Origin: Octopus sinensis
Lineage: Eukaryota
DNA: 64,000 nt
Assembly (NCBI RefSeq): GCF_006345805.1
Contig: NC_042997.1
Location: 8,308,001-8,372,000, forward strand
Direction: 5' to 3'
The position numbers and the translations under genes are program-made. The notes under the pieces were generated by a model, which worked only from the letters and a program-made list of their open reading frames with translations, did not search any database and was not told the DNA's origin. Of this stretch, positions 52,214-64,000 are shown in pieces; position 1 is the first letter of the stretch; the number at the start of each line of letters is the position of its first letter.

Positions 52214-52219
<6 letters not shown>
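52078..52219. repeat. Spacerless palindrome centred at 52140/52141
   Basis: ATAGAGGGCATTATACATACATGCCAAACGCTAA...TTTCTACCAA|TTGGTAGAAA...TTAGCGTTTGGCATGTATGTATAATGCC...CTCTAT. Confidence 0.88.
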
Positions 52220-52244
<25 letters not shown>

Positions 52245-52252
52245 ATATATAT

Positions 52253-52285
<33 letters not shown>

Positions 52286-52286
<1 letters not shown>

Positions 52287-52498
52287 CTTTTATTATTTTA
52301 TTTGTTTCAGTCATTTGACTGCGGTCATGCTGGAGCACCGCCTTTAATCGAGCAAATCGACCCAGGACTTGTTATATCGGTCTTTCTTGCCGAATCGCTA
52401 AGTGACGAGGACGTAAACACACCAGCATCTGTTCTCAAGCGATGTTGGGTGGGGGGAGAAATTCAGACACACAAATATGTACTTACATACATAAATAA

Positions 52499-52534
<36 letters not shown>

Positions 52535-52695
52535 GATGGGCTTCTTTCAGTTTCCATCTACCAAACCCACTCACAAGGCTTCGGTCTGCCCGAGGATATA
52601 GTAGCAGACACTTGGCCAAGTTGCCACGCAGTAGGTTTGAACCCGGAATCATGTGGTGTGTAAGCAAGCTACTTACCACACAGCTATTCCTGCAC
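52286..52695 (-). mobile_element. SINE S2
   Basis: Reverse complement of 41028-41433. Confidence 0.88.
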
Positions 52696-52719
52696 TTATA
52701 TATATACATATATATATAT

Positions 52720-52928
52720 GTGACCGCGTGTCAACCGTTGGCGATTTTGTTCCCCCGTCTTCCCTTCTTTGGATCTTTCCTTTTCCTAAGTTTCTGACGA
52801 AGAGCTCCGCTCGAAACGTTAAACCCTCCTTCTTTTCTTCTTTCCTGAGCGTCCAATAATACTATATTTGTTCCACGTTCTCGCGTTGTTGTGTTTTCTT
52901 TTTGTGTTTTCATGCTTGGATTGACTAC
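52720..52928 (+). mobile_element. Short (AT)n-embedded non-autonomous element carrying a minimal hammerhead
   Basis: (AT)n on both sides; homologous to 19060-19286 downstream of the ribozyme motif. Confidence 0.7.
52790..52824 (+). ncRNA. Minimal (dimer-type) hammerhead, intact core
   Basis: GUUU-CUGACGA-A-GAGC-UCC-GCUC-GAAA-C-GUU-AAAC. Confidence 0.7.
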
Positions 52929-52962
52929 ATATATATATATGTATGGGTATGTATGCATGCAA

Positions 52963-53049
<87 letters not shown>

Positions 53050-53626
53050 CACACACACTCGCATGTATACATACCCACCAATTATTTGCATATCAATTGG
53101 AGCATTCAGTGACATATACGATGCGCTTTCTATTATAAACATGATTTGATTTGAAGCCATGTAGATAGAATTAGATTTTAATCTGTAATACCCGGAATGT
53201 GTTTCTCAAAATTATTGATAGGCTACAGATATCTTTTAAGATTCATCCTTTAAAACAGAAATCATTAATATATAAATAATGAAACCTTAAATAATTCCAA
53301 ATATATAAAAATTTATTTTATCGCCTAACTTATATAGTTTTACATCAGATTCTCAGCCATTATATTAGATTATAAATATAATTTCTCTTTGGCTTCCATA
53401 CGTTAGATTTCCAATTAGAGTTAATTACACACATACACACACAAGTGCGCGCACATACACTTAAGTATATCTATATAATTACACGTATATATATATATTC
53501 TTTAAATTGTTTCATCCTTAAAGCTGCGGTCATGCTGGGGCACTACCGTTTTATCCATTTCATGTTAATGTATATAGAGAGAGTGTGGGAGAGGGGAGAG
53601 AGAGAGCAAAAGGAAGAGAAAGTTTG

Positions 53627-53627
53627 T

Positions 53628-53703
<76 letters not shown>

Positions 53704-53704
53704 C

Positions 53705-53739
<35 letters not shown>

Positions 53740-53827
53740 TAGAGAGATTAGATAGATAGATAAATAGATAAGCAGTCAGATAAGTAGACAGCTAAGTAGA
53801 TAGATATATATATATAAACAGATAGAC

Positions 53828-53897
<70 letters not shown>

Positions 53898-53963
53898 GCA
53901 GACAGACAGATAGACAGGGAGGCAGACGGACAGGTTGACAGGTAGATAGATAGATAGATAGAT
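53627..53963. repeat. (GATA)n/(GACA)n array
   Basis: Direct reading. Confidence 0.95.
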
Positions 53964-55635
53964 GTGTTTCTTTATTAGCCACACAGGGCTGCACACAGAT
54001 AGAACAAATTACAAGGTAGAGCTTTTCTTTTGGGGGTAAAAAAAAGGGAGTGGTGGTTTTCGATCAAAAGGGATCGTAAAAGGAAAGAAAGAGGACAAAA
54101 AAAGGGAGGGGTTAATAAAAAAAAAATAATAAAAAAAAAAAACAAGGTGGGGGGAGAGCAAACAAATTGATCAATAGGGATCGTTATCACAGAAATGTCA
54201 ATATGAAGTGTAAAGGGGAGAACAGGTGAGGTTTACCCGTGGAAAGAAAAGCCTACGGAAAAGACCACGGTAACCTCGGTCAATGAAGTCACATGTTATA
54301 TTTCTTTTTTTTTTTGCAAATAAGCAACTCTCTGTATTAATTTTTACGGTTCATAGAATCATAGTCAAGGTGGCTTCGTCATTCATACGTGCCATCCTTG
54401 CTACATTCACCCATCTTTTTTTAAAACATTCACTAGACAAAACTTGCCTCTCTACTCTCACTTTCCTCTTCAAGTGATACTTGAAGAAGTTGATGAGAGA
54501 TTGACCAGAGAGGAAAGTGTTTGTCTCTAATCCTTTCAGGCGCGTCCACCAGATACATTCTTTCGCCATAGCTACAAGTATGATAAAAATAGCTCTTCCT
54601 TCCCGTTTGAAGGAAGGAGGCGTGACGATATTAACGATAGACTCGGCTGATAACCGATACGTCCCACACGTGACAGCAGTCGTTCGACATAAGCCCACAG
54701 GTCGGAAATTGCTGGACACTGCACGATTGCGTGCAGAGCGGTTTCGTCGCTCTGCCCGCATCTCGGGCAGGTCGGCCCCGTGTTTCTCGAGCCATGCCTA
54801 TAGAGCTTATCCCGAACGGGTAGCGCTTCTCGGTAGCACCGCCAGGCCAGGGATCTCTGGAAGTTGTCCATAGGTCCCGGGCCGAAAGTCGTTTGAAACA
54901 GGCGGGTCAGGTATTCCTCGTCGATGCCCAGGTTTGCCCCGAGCTCGTCGTCGTACCTCCCCTCCACTAATCCCCTATAGAATGTTTTGGTTGTGTTGAA
55001 GTCACTCAAGGTCGACCCGGGACGGCAGAGTTGCTTGAGAGCAACGCGACACTCGCGATGCCATTCGCCCTTCCTCGGCCTCTTTTTGATCCACGACTGT
55101 AGTTCGGTCATGGAGACGAGTTGCGGGAATGCGTGCCTCACAAACGGCGACCACACCTGTTCACCGTCGTCTACATAGAGCCGGAGATGTCACAGTCTCA
55201 GCGCGTGTTTGCGCATCATCAACCACGGCATGCCCAGCCCTCCTTTTAACGGGTGTTGACAGCAAATGGATCGCCTGACCATCGGGACGCATCCTTTCCA
55301 CAAGAAGCGGAAGAGGATGCGTTCTAGTTTGGTGATGGTAGGGTCGGGACAAGGTACGACGGTCAGGCGGTAGTAGATGATGGACGCGATGTACGCGTTC
55401 ACCACCTCCGCCCGACCTTTTAGGGACAGTTTCCTCTCGGCCCATTGCTGGGCGAGAGTGACCACCCTACTCGTTATCTCGTTCCAGTTCTTCTCCATTT
55501 GAGGGTCCGGACCGAACCAGACCCCGAGCAACTCAACCGGGCCGTCTGTCCAGCGTCCCACGACGGAGGTACTGGTGGACGGCATGGGCTTGCTTCTCCA
55601 GGTGCCGAGCCGCAAGCCCACTGACTTTTCCCGGT

Positions 55636-55636
<1 letters not shown>
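53964..55636 (-). mobile_element. 5'-truncated Tx1/L1-clade LINE (RT C-terminus, zf-RVT, 3' UTR)
   Basis: NREKS.GLRLG...LSLKGRAEVVNAYIAS...KGGLGMP; CPRCGQSDETALHAIVQC knuckle; pyrimidine-rich 3' UTR ending AATAAAGAAACAC then (ATCT)n. Confidence 0.92.

Positions 55637-55706
<70 letters not shown>
55637..55706. repeat. (AGAT)n array at the Tx1 5' junction
   Basis: Direct reading. Confidence 0.95.
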
Positions 55707-55707
<1 letters not shown>

Positions 55708-56014
55708 CGTGTGGGGTATTATTGGTTTGGTATCTCTAAGTCAGAAAAAAAGACATTTTGAAAGTGAAACTGAGCGGTTATACGTTTATGACGTCGAGTA
55801 GTATATTCGTGTCTATGAACTAAAACAAAAAAAAATTTTAATCGCTGACTTCATAATATAAAATTCGTTTCAGCAGCGTAGTCGTCTTCTTTTTTCGAAG
55901 TAGAGAATAGTAATCATTACGCAACCGCAGCTGACCCCCTTCAGCCACAGCTGGCATCGTACTGTGAGCAGCAACTCTTCTTACCCAACCGTCGGCAATT
56001 GTTATGACTTCATT

Positions 56015-56402
56015 GGATGGAAGCACTCCGTCAGTTACGACGACGAGGGTTCCGGTTGATCCGATCAACGGAACAGCCTGCTCGTGAAATTAACGTGTAA
56101 GTGGCTGAGCGCTCCACAGACACGTGTACCCTTAATGTAGTTCTCGGGGATATTCAGCGTGACACAGAGAGTGACAAGGCCGGCCCTTTGAAAATACAGG
56201 TACAACAGAAACAGGAAGTAAGAGTGAGAGAAAGTTGTGGTGAAAGAGTAGAACAGGGATCACCACCATCCCTGCCGGAGCCTCGTAGAGCTTTTAGGTG
56301 TTTTCGCTCAATAAACACTCACAACGTCCGGTCTGGGAATCGAAACCGCAATCCTACGACCGCGAGTCCGCTGCCCTAACCACTGGGCCATTGCGCCTCC
56401 AC
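56015..56402 (-). mobile_element. SINE S1, full length with 12-bp TSD
   Basis: TATGACTTCATT at 56003-56014 and 56403-56414. Confidence 0.93.
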
Positions 56403-57045
56403 TATGACTTCATTACCGTTATCGTTTCGCTCCACATTTTATCATCACCGAGTGAACTAGGCTTTTATATTCGTTTCCAGCAAAAATCATGCGATGCGCT
56501 TCCCGCCAATTTCTCTGAAGAATTGTCAATACTGGCAAGTGCTATAAGTGCGAAACTATTGGTAACTTTCTTACTGATTATATGCCATAACCAGGAATAT
56601 GTTTTTCGACAATATAAATGAGTATACATATTTTAAAATATACTGACATCTAAATTATTTTTCAGATCAGAAATTCTTTAGCAGAATAACTTAAACACAC
56701 CCATCCCTACCCAACATACTAATCATGTGTAATAAATAGACGATGAAGACATTCCGTTATAACAATTTGAAATTCACTGGACACCTTCTAGGGAATAATG
56801 CGCACAGACCTGCCCTTGGATTTCGAGTCATACATCTATAGTAATTCACGCGACTGTGTTAACCATTATACCAAAGCTTCCTCAGAACGCATCGTCTACT
56901 CAAATTAGCGCAATGAAAGTGCTACTAAAATACCTAGTTACTTTTTCCATCCCCAACACGACTATCATCTTTTATCCTTATTGCTAATTAAGGTTAGACT
57001 AGAGACAGATTTTTCACTACTCCATCTATTATTATTTTATATATA

Positions 57046-57276
57046 TTTCTTTACTACCCACAAGGGGCTAAACACAGAGAGGACAAACAAGGACAGACAA
57101 ACGGATTAAGTCGATTACATCGACCCCAGTGCGTAACTGGTACTTAATTTATCGATCCCGAAAGGATGAAAGGCAAAGTCGACCTCGGCGGAATTTGAAC
57201 TCAGAACGTAGCGGCAGACGAAATACGGCTACGCATTTCGCCCGGCGTGCTAACGTTTCTGCCAGCTCGCCGCCTT
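57046..57276 (-). mobile_element. SINE S3 (Tx1-like tail subfamily)
   Basis: Near-identical to 38270-38500. Confidence 0.92.
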
Positions 57277-57959
57277 ATTTATTATTTTATATAGTTTGCA
57301 CTTCTGAAATTGCTCGAGATATTTTGATAGAAACAACTTGCTGCTAAACAACCCTAGTAACAGGCGATAATGCAAACGTCTAAGGATTTCGTTTATGAAA
57401 TAATCTTCAAGTTATATCAGGCACTTCACTGGCATAAAAATATTGATGCATTTATGTATACAAAACCTTCTTTACATGTTAGAAATTATAATTACCGAAA
57501 TTGAGTATGTTTTTCTTTATTGTATTTTATTTGTTTAGCTTTAAGGCTGACACCAGCTGCATACACATTTAAGATTCTGGTGTGATTGTGTTTTTTTAAA
57601 TGTGGATATCTTTTATTTCAGATCACTCGGCATTCAGCCATGTTTTCTCTAACAACATAGGTGAAGGTAGAATGTCTACCTAGATTGTATGAAGTCTGAG
57701 GCGATGTTATGGAATAAAAGGATGTAAGGATGTAAATTGATAGAATCAAGATACATGTTAAGGTGAGATACATTCTAACGAGACATCGACTAAAAGGATT
57801 TACAGTTTTTTTTTATTGTTTTTCTTCTTCGAGACATAATGGATAATCAACAAACGACTAATGACAGAAGGAATAAAAAAATAAAAGCTTTGACCTAGTC
57901 GAACATGTACGACGAAATATATGAAAAATATTATCGAGTCGGCTAAATTGCTTGAGAAG

Positions 57960-58190
57960 CAGACAATCGTTAGCGGCATTTTTTCTTTTGGTTCTCATTC
58001 TTAATTTTGCTGAGATCGGCTTAGTAGTATTTCGTCTACTGTTACGTTCTAAGTTCAAATTCCGCCGCAGTCGACTTTGCCTTTTATCCTTTCGGGGTCG
58101 ATAAATTAAGTACCAGTGAATAACTAAGGTCGATGTAATCGACTTACCCCACCACAATAACAAATTCAGGTCTTGTGCCTTTAGTAGAAA
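57960..58190 (+). mobile_element. SINE S3 (alternative tail), decayed
   Basis: AGTTCAAATTCCGCCGCAGTCGACTTTGCCTTTTATCCTTTCGGGGTCG core; tail CTTGTGCCTTTAGTAGAAAG. Confidence 0.8.
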
Positions 58191-58523
58191 GTTTTAATAT
58201 GATTATTATAATTATTATTTACTTTTAATCAACATGTTTGCTACAATTACTTGTCGAGTAACACCCAGCGTCCTAGAGCAAGTGAAGGATAAGAGATGTT
58301 ATAGTTTGACTGAAAGCTTGGGGAGGGAAAGTGGCAGAGGCAGTAGCGAATTATTTTTATGTAATACAACACAGACATTTAAACTGATGATGTTTTTCTA
58401 AGGATGTGGGCAGTACTTGTCAGCAGTCTTTTGGATACGTTGTCCTGAGGTATTATCGAGATGCTTTTTGACATCCCTTTCTTATCATAACTAGGGAACC
58501 CAAAATAACAATTATTATTATTA

Positions 58524-58575
<52 letters not shown>

Positions 58576-58601
58576 TTATTATTATTATTTTTTTTATTAT
58601 T

Positions 58602-61451
58602 CAGTAGTTTTATTTTTATAGCGTGCTTTCACTTCACTACCGAGCGCAGCTCTGTGTGCCTTGGGTATGTGCTATGATTTGTTGTGATGCTCTGATGGTT
58701 ATTGTATGTAAAGTGTTCTGCGTAGGATGTGTGCAGTGCCTAGTAGTGCAATTTTCTGTATGTTATATGTGTTTGTAAGTCCTGGTGTTTTTGTTATGTA
58801 TTTGTCTGAATATTTTTTTATCATGCCTAATGCATCTACTATGATAGGGATTGTTTCTGTTTTTAGATTCCACATTCTGGTTACCTCTATTTCCAGGTCT
58901 TTGTATTTTGAAAGTTTCACTATTTCTTTTAGAGATACGTTGTCATCTGCCGGTATTGATACATCAATTAAAAAGCATTTTTTTCTTCATGATCTCTGAC
59001 AACTATATCTGGTCTTTTGGCCCTAATTTCTCTATCTGTGTGCATCGGCATATCCCAGAGTATGGTTGCTTTCTCGTTTTCTGTGACCTTTTCTGGTGTG
59101 TGCCTATACCATCTTTTTTCTGTTGTTATTCCATAATGTTGGCATAGCTTCCAATGTATGTAGGTTCCAACTCGGTCGTGTCTGTGAATATATTCCTTCT
59201 TAGCCAGGACTGGGCAGCCAGAGATAATATGATTTATTGTTTCTTGTCCATCTCCACATATTCTGCAGTTACTTGTTATATTTATTTTCATTACATGTCT
59301 TTGGTAATTTCTGGGGTGGAGGCTTTGGTCTGGTGCTGCAATTAAAGCTCCCTCTGTCTCTGCTTTGAGTCCTGAGCTTCTCAACCATTGCTGGGGATTT
59401 TCTTTGTCTATTTCTTTTGCATTTAGTTTAGTCCAGTATTTACCATGAAGGGGCTTTTCTTGCCACCATTTTATCATGGTTCTTTGCTGTTCTAATTTTA
59501 GTTTGGATTTCATTTGTTTTATAGCTTTTGTTGTTTCTTCATTTTCTTCTTCTTCATATTTGTTAGGTGGTATGATTTCTTGTTTGTATTTGTCAGCTTC
59601 CTTAAATACTGAGAACAGTTTTTTGTTTTGCTCGTGTTTTGCCGCTATTTGTATCAGTTTTCCTTCCTTCTGAAGTAGATATTTTTGCAGTCCTATGGTG
59701 GTTATTTTATAGTAGTTTTCCAGCTGTATAAGGCCTCTACCACCTTCTATACGTTGTATATTTAGTCTTTCTATGTCAGATTTTGGGTGATGCATCCTAG
59801 ATCCTGTCATTTTTCTTGTTTTCCTATCTATTTTGGTCAGTTCATTTAGTGTCCAGTTAAGGATATTGTAGCTGTAACTTATAACTGGGACAGCTAAAGT
59901 GTTAATACCTATTATCTTGTTTTTAGCATTGAGCTCTGTTTTTAGTATTGATCTAACTCTTTTTTATTTTCTCTTTCATTTGTGTGTTGTGTCTTATCTA
60001 GTTCATGGATTCCTAAGTATTTGTAAGTTTGGCTTTGGTCTAATTCTTTTATTTCATTGGTTTTATCTAGTGTGATGTTGCTACTCTTAACTAGTTTTCC
60101 TCTTTTCAGGGTTACTTTGGCGCATTTTTCTAATCCAAATTTCAAATCTATTTCTTTGGTAAATCCATGAACTGTCTTTAATAGTGTTTCCAGCTGTTTG
60201 TCATTTGCAGCATATAGTTTTATGTCATCCATATATAAAAGGTGGCTGATCGTTTTGCCGTAACATTTACATCCGCATCCAGTTCTATTTAGCATATCAG
60301 ATAGAGGTGACAGTGCCAAGCAGAAAAGGAGTGAAGAGAGCGTGTCTCCCTGGAATATTCCTCTTCTAATGGGGATGGCTTTGGTTTTCATGAGTCTCTC
60401 TTTTGTTTGGAGCTGTAGCACTGTCTGCCATTTATTCATAGAGTGTCCTATGAATTTTATAATTGTTGGTGCTACTTTGTTAATGGCTAGTGTTTCGAGG
60501 ATCCATGTGTGGGGGATGCTATCAAATGCTATCATACTGAGGCCTTTCTTCTTTCTGTGGCTGTCTTCAGTTATGGCTTTATTAATCATTAGTTGATCTT
60601 TACAGCCATATGAGCCTTTGCGGCATCTTTTCTGCGCTTCTGGAAAAAGGTTTCTTTCGTCCAGGTGCTTGTTCAACCTTTGCGATATCACTGCAGTAAA
60701 TGCCTTGTACATTGTAAGGAGACAGGTTATTGGTCTGTAGTTTTCTGGTTTTGCTGTCTCATTTGATTTGGGAATTAAGATGGTTTTCCCCTTCGTGAAC
60801 CATTCTGGCATTGTCTCTGGCTCTGCTAGTATGTTGTTAAAGTTTTCAGCCAGCTTTTTGTGCATTCCTGTTAGATATTTCAACCAGAAGTTAGGGATCT
60901 TGTCATGCCCAGGTGCCTTCCAGTTGCTTAGTTTTTGCAGTGCCTGGGTGACCTCTTCAGTTGTTATGGGGGTCCAAAGTTGCTCAGATGCTGAGTTTGT
61001 TGTTTTAATACTCCTTTTTTTTTTGGTTGTTCGTTCGCCGACCATATTTCTCTCCAGAATTTTTCCACTTCTTCTGCCGTTGGTGCTGCAGTGATTTCAA
61101 TTTTATTTTTGCCAAGTTCTTGGTAGACCTTTTTGGGGTTGGAGTTGAACTTTTTGTTTTGTTCAAAGAAGCGTGGCGATTCTCGTACCGGCGGATCCTT
61201 TGTGCTTTGGCAAGGATATCTTGCTTTAGTTTTTCTTTTATCTCATGTAAATCTTTTTCTGTGATATTGTATTTGCGGAATATTTTTGTTTTCTTTTTGT
61301 TGCTCAGTAGCGTTGATTGTCTACTGATTTCATTAAGAATCGACAGATCTTTTCTCATTTTTTGTATTTTGTTTTGGATGTTATTTATCCACAGGGTTTG
61401 TTTGGGTGGTGGTACTCCTGTTTGGATGGGTTTGAGTGAGTATCCAGCTTC

Positions 61452-61454
<3 letters not shown>
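58602..61454 (-). mobile_element. 5'-truncated R4/Dong-type LINE (RT + CCHC + restriction-like endonuclease), frameshifted
   Basis: WKAPGHD, NYRPITCL, GIFQGDTLS, HLLYMDD, YKYLG; CRICGDGQETINHIISGC; KRPDIVV...KYKDLEIEVTRMW...PIIVDALG; (ATT)n on both flanks. Confidence 0.95.
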
Positions 61455-61516
<62 letters not shown>

Positions 61517-61538
61517 TATTATTATTATTATTATCGTC

Positions 61539-61736
61539 AAGGCGGCTAACTGGCAGAATCGTCAGCACGCCGGGTGAAACGCTTTGTGATATTTCGTCCG
61601 CCGCTGCGTTCTGAGTTTCTAATTCCGTCTTTCATCCCTTCGGGTTCGATACACTAAGTACCAATTGTGTACTTGGGTCGATGTAATCGACTATCTCTTC
61701 CCCCAAATTTCAGTCCTTGTGACTATAGTAGAAAGG
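61539..61736 (+). mobile_element. SINE S3 (alternative tail) between two (ATT)n arrays
   Basis: AAGGCGGCTAACTGGCAGAATCG head; TAGTAGAAAGG end. Confidence 0.8.
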
Positions 61737-61822
<86 letters not shown>

Positions 61823-61841
61823 CATTATTATTATTATTATT

Positions 61842-64000
61842 GCCTTTGCACAGCTTCTAAAGCTGCAGATGTACTATGATGTTCACCACCAGTGAACTAA
61901 GGTAACACCTCTTATTTTTCGATCACTTTCCGGAGTATTTGAGCAGCTCCAAGCAGTGCTGTTTTGTGCAAGTGCTCCATCCGTATTGCAGCCCTATTTG
62001 GTCCACGTACTTCTTGAGATTTTTACTCACTGTTCCCAAGGCTCCGACAATTATTGGTACTACTGCTACCTTTTCCATCGACCACCACTGCTTAACTTCC
62101 CAAGCTAACCTGTCACATCTCTCATCTTTTCTTTCTTCCTTACAGCATACCTTGTTGTCAGCTGGGCATGCTATGTCTATGATCGAGTATAGATTGTTTT
62201 CCTTCTCAATTAAGACTATGTCCGACTTCCTATTCTCTATTTCATGGTCTCACTGAATCATAGAATCCCATAGAATCTTCGCATTTCTATTTTCGACGAT
62301 GCCTTCAGGTTTGTGGCCGTACCAATTTTTTGCTCTGTCAAGTCCATATTTGTTGTAGAGTGTCCAGTGGACAAGCCTGGCTATATTGTCGAGGCGTCTC
62401 TTATATTCATTCTGGGCTAGTGCTGTACATTGGCTGGTAATATGCCATACGTTTTCATCGTTTTGTCCACAGATTCTGCACATGACTTTCAGCTGTGTTG
62501 TCTATTCTGTATTTTATGCAGTTTGTTCTTAGTGCTTGCTCTTGGGCAGCACAGATTACAGCCTCCATTTCCGGTTTTAAATCACATTTAGTCATCTAGA
62601 GCTATCTTTTTCCTCTGACTGTCTTATCTTCAACATCCTTATGAAATTGATCATGCATTATTTTCTTTACGCACCAATTTTCAGTTTCATTTGTTTTCAA
62701 TTTCTTGTATAGTGCTTTATCTTTGCAAGCTTTCATCCTACACAAGCCTGATCTTCCTACTTCTAATAATAGTGGCTCTGTGGTATTTTTTACATACTAT
62801 GCTATGTTATCTTCTTCTGTTCTAATGCTGTGTTTGCATTCAATAAGTCCTCTTCCCCCTCTTTTTCTTGGTACATATAGTCTGTCTGTGTCACTTTTTT
62901 GGTGGAGTGACCCATATCTAGTTACCAACTTACTTGTCTTTCTGTCTAAGCTGTTTAGTTTGTCTACTGCCCATGCGATTACCCCTGCTTCATATCTAAG
63001 GAGTGAAACCACCCAAGTGTTGATAGCTTCGATCTTATTCCATCCATTTAATTCCGGCTTAAAGATCAGTCTCAGTCTGCACAAGTACTCCGCCTTAAAT
63101 TTTTCTGTGATTTCTTTATCCATCAATTTATCAATTTCCAGAATCCCCAAGTACTTATAGCCCGTCTCTTTTATCTGATTCATAACCTCCCCTGACGGTA
63201 TCATTAGCCCGTCCATACATTTGATTTTGCCTCTCTTCAAGACTAACGTACCACACTTTCTCAGTCCGAACTCCATTCTGATATCAGCACTGAAGGTATA
63301 CACCGTATCAACGAGGGAACTGACTTGGGCTTCATCTCTACCATAAAGTTTAAGGTCATCCATGAATAACAAGTGGTTAATTTTTGCTGGCGGCTTTTGA
63401 ATACATACCCAGCTTTTGCTTTGCTCAGAATCAGTGTTAATGGTATCAAGCACAATACAAAAATCAGTGGGGACAAGCAGTCCCCTTGGAAGATGCCCCT
63501 CCTAATTTCTACTTTCTCTAAACATCTTCCGTATGCTGTCAGGTCCGTACTCCAATTCGCCATACTTTTTCCAAGCAATGGCTCAACATTCGATGCAATA
63601 CCAAATAGGTTCATACACTCCATAATCCATGAATGTGGGATCATATCATACGCCTTACTTCAGTCGATCCATGACATGACTAAGTTATTTTTCCTCCTCT
63701 TGCAGTCTCAAAGTACAGTTTTGTCTATCAGGAGTTGATCCTTAGTACCTCTGGACTTACGCTTGTAATCGTTCTGCTCATGTGACAGGACTCCATTTTT
63801 TCCCAGATGTCCGTACATTGACTCTGCGAGTATTCCAAGCAATAACTTCCACATAAGTGGCAAACAGGATATCAGCCTGTAATTGTCTATCGTGTTGCCT
63901 TTTTCGATGTTTTTCAGGCACAGCACTGTCCTAACCAATGTCAACGACTCTGGTGTTCCTTGGTCGGCATTTAACAAGGTGTTGAGTTGCGCAGCTATTC
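61842..64000 (-). mobile_element. Second R4/Dong-type LINE (different subfamily), runs off the window end
   Basis: [58 protein letters not shown]; 3' end abuts (ATT)n 61737-61841. Confidence 0.93.

Noticed and set aside
56515-56570. CUGAAGA...GAAAC-UAUUG-GUA hammerhead-like string
   Set aside because: Stem II does not close onto GAAA and stem I fails after one pair
55900-56621. About 105-codon frame restored by excising the S1 SINE
   Set aside because: No start codon, no convincing splice sites and no recognisable motif

Overview
Repeat-dominated, AT-rich eukaryotic DNA, most likely from an octopod cephalopod. This is inferred from recognisable Octopus-type tRNA-derived SINE families and a divergent, GC-expanded 18S fragment; it has not been database-confirmed. 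No host protein-coding gene can be called with confidence, and most ORFs in the supplied track are microsatellite artefacts. Contents: four tRNA-head SINE families in many copies; R4/Dong-type RLE LINEs sitting in (TAA)n; Tx1/L1-type LINEs, one embedded in (TATC)n; an RTE 3' fragment; a Penelope-like (Naiad-type) RT-thumb/GIY-YIG fragment; decayed Tc1/mariner transposons; MITE/foldback and Helentron-associated (HINE-like) elements; and an orphan 5' part of 18S rRNA. The most interesting signal is a set of hammerhead-ribozyme motifs that no ORF explains. Two are complete three-stem type I hammerheads (19479-19550 + and 36106-36156 -). Five are minimal, dimer-type motifs, most of them in short microsatellite-anchored elements, with compensatory stem I changes between copies. 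A second notable signal is a 42-nt 3' tail shared by a SINE subfamily and the (TATC)n-embedded Tx1 LINE.
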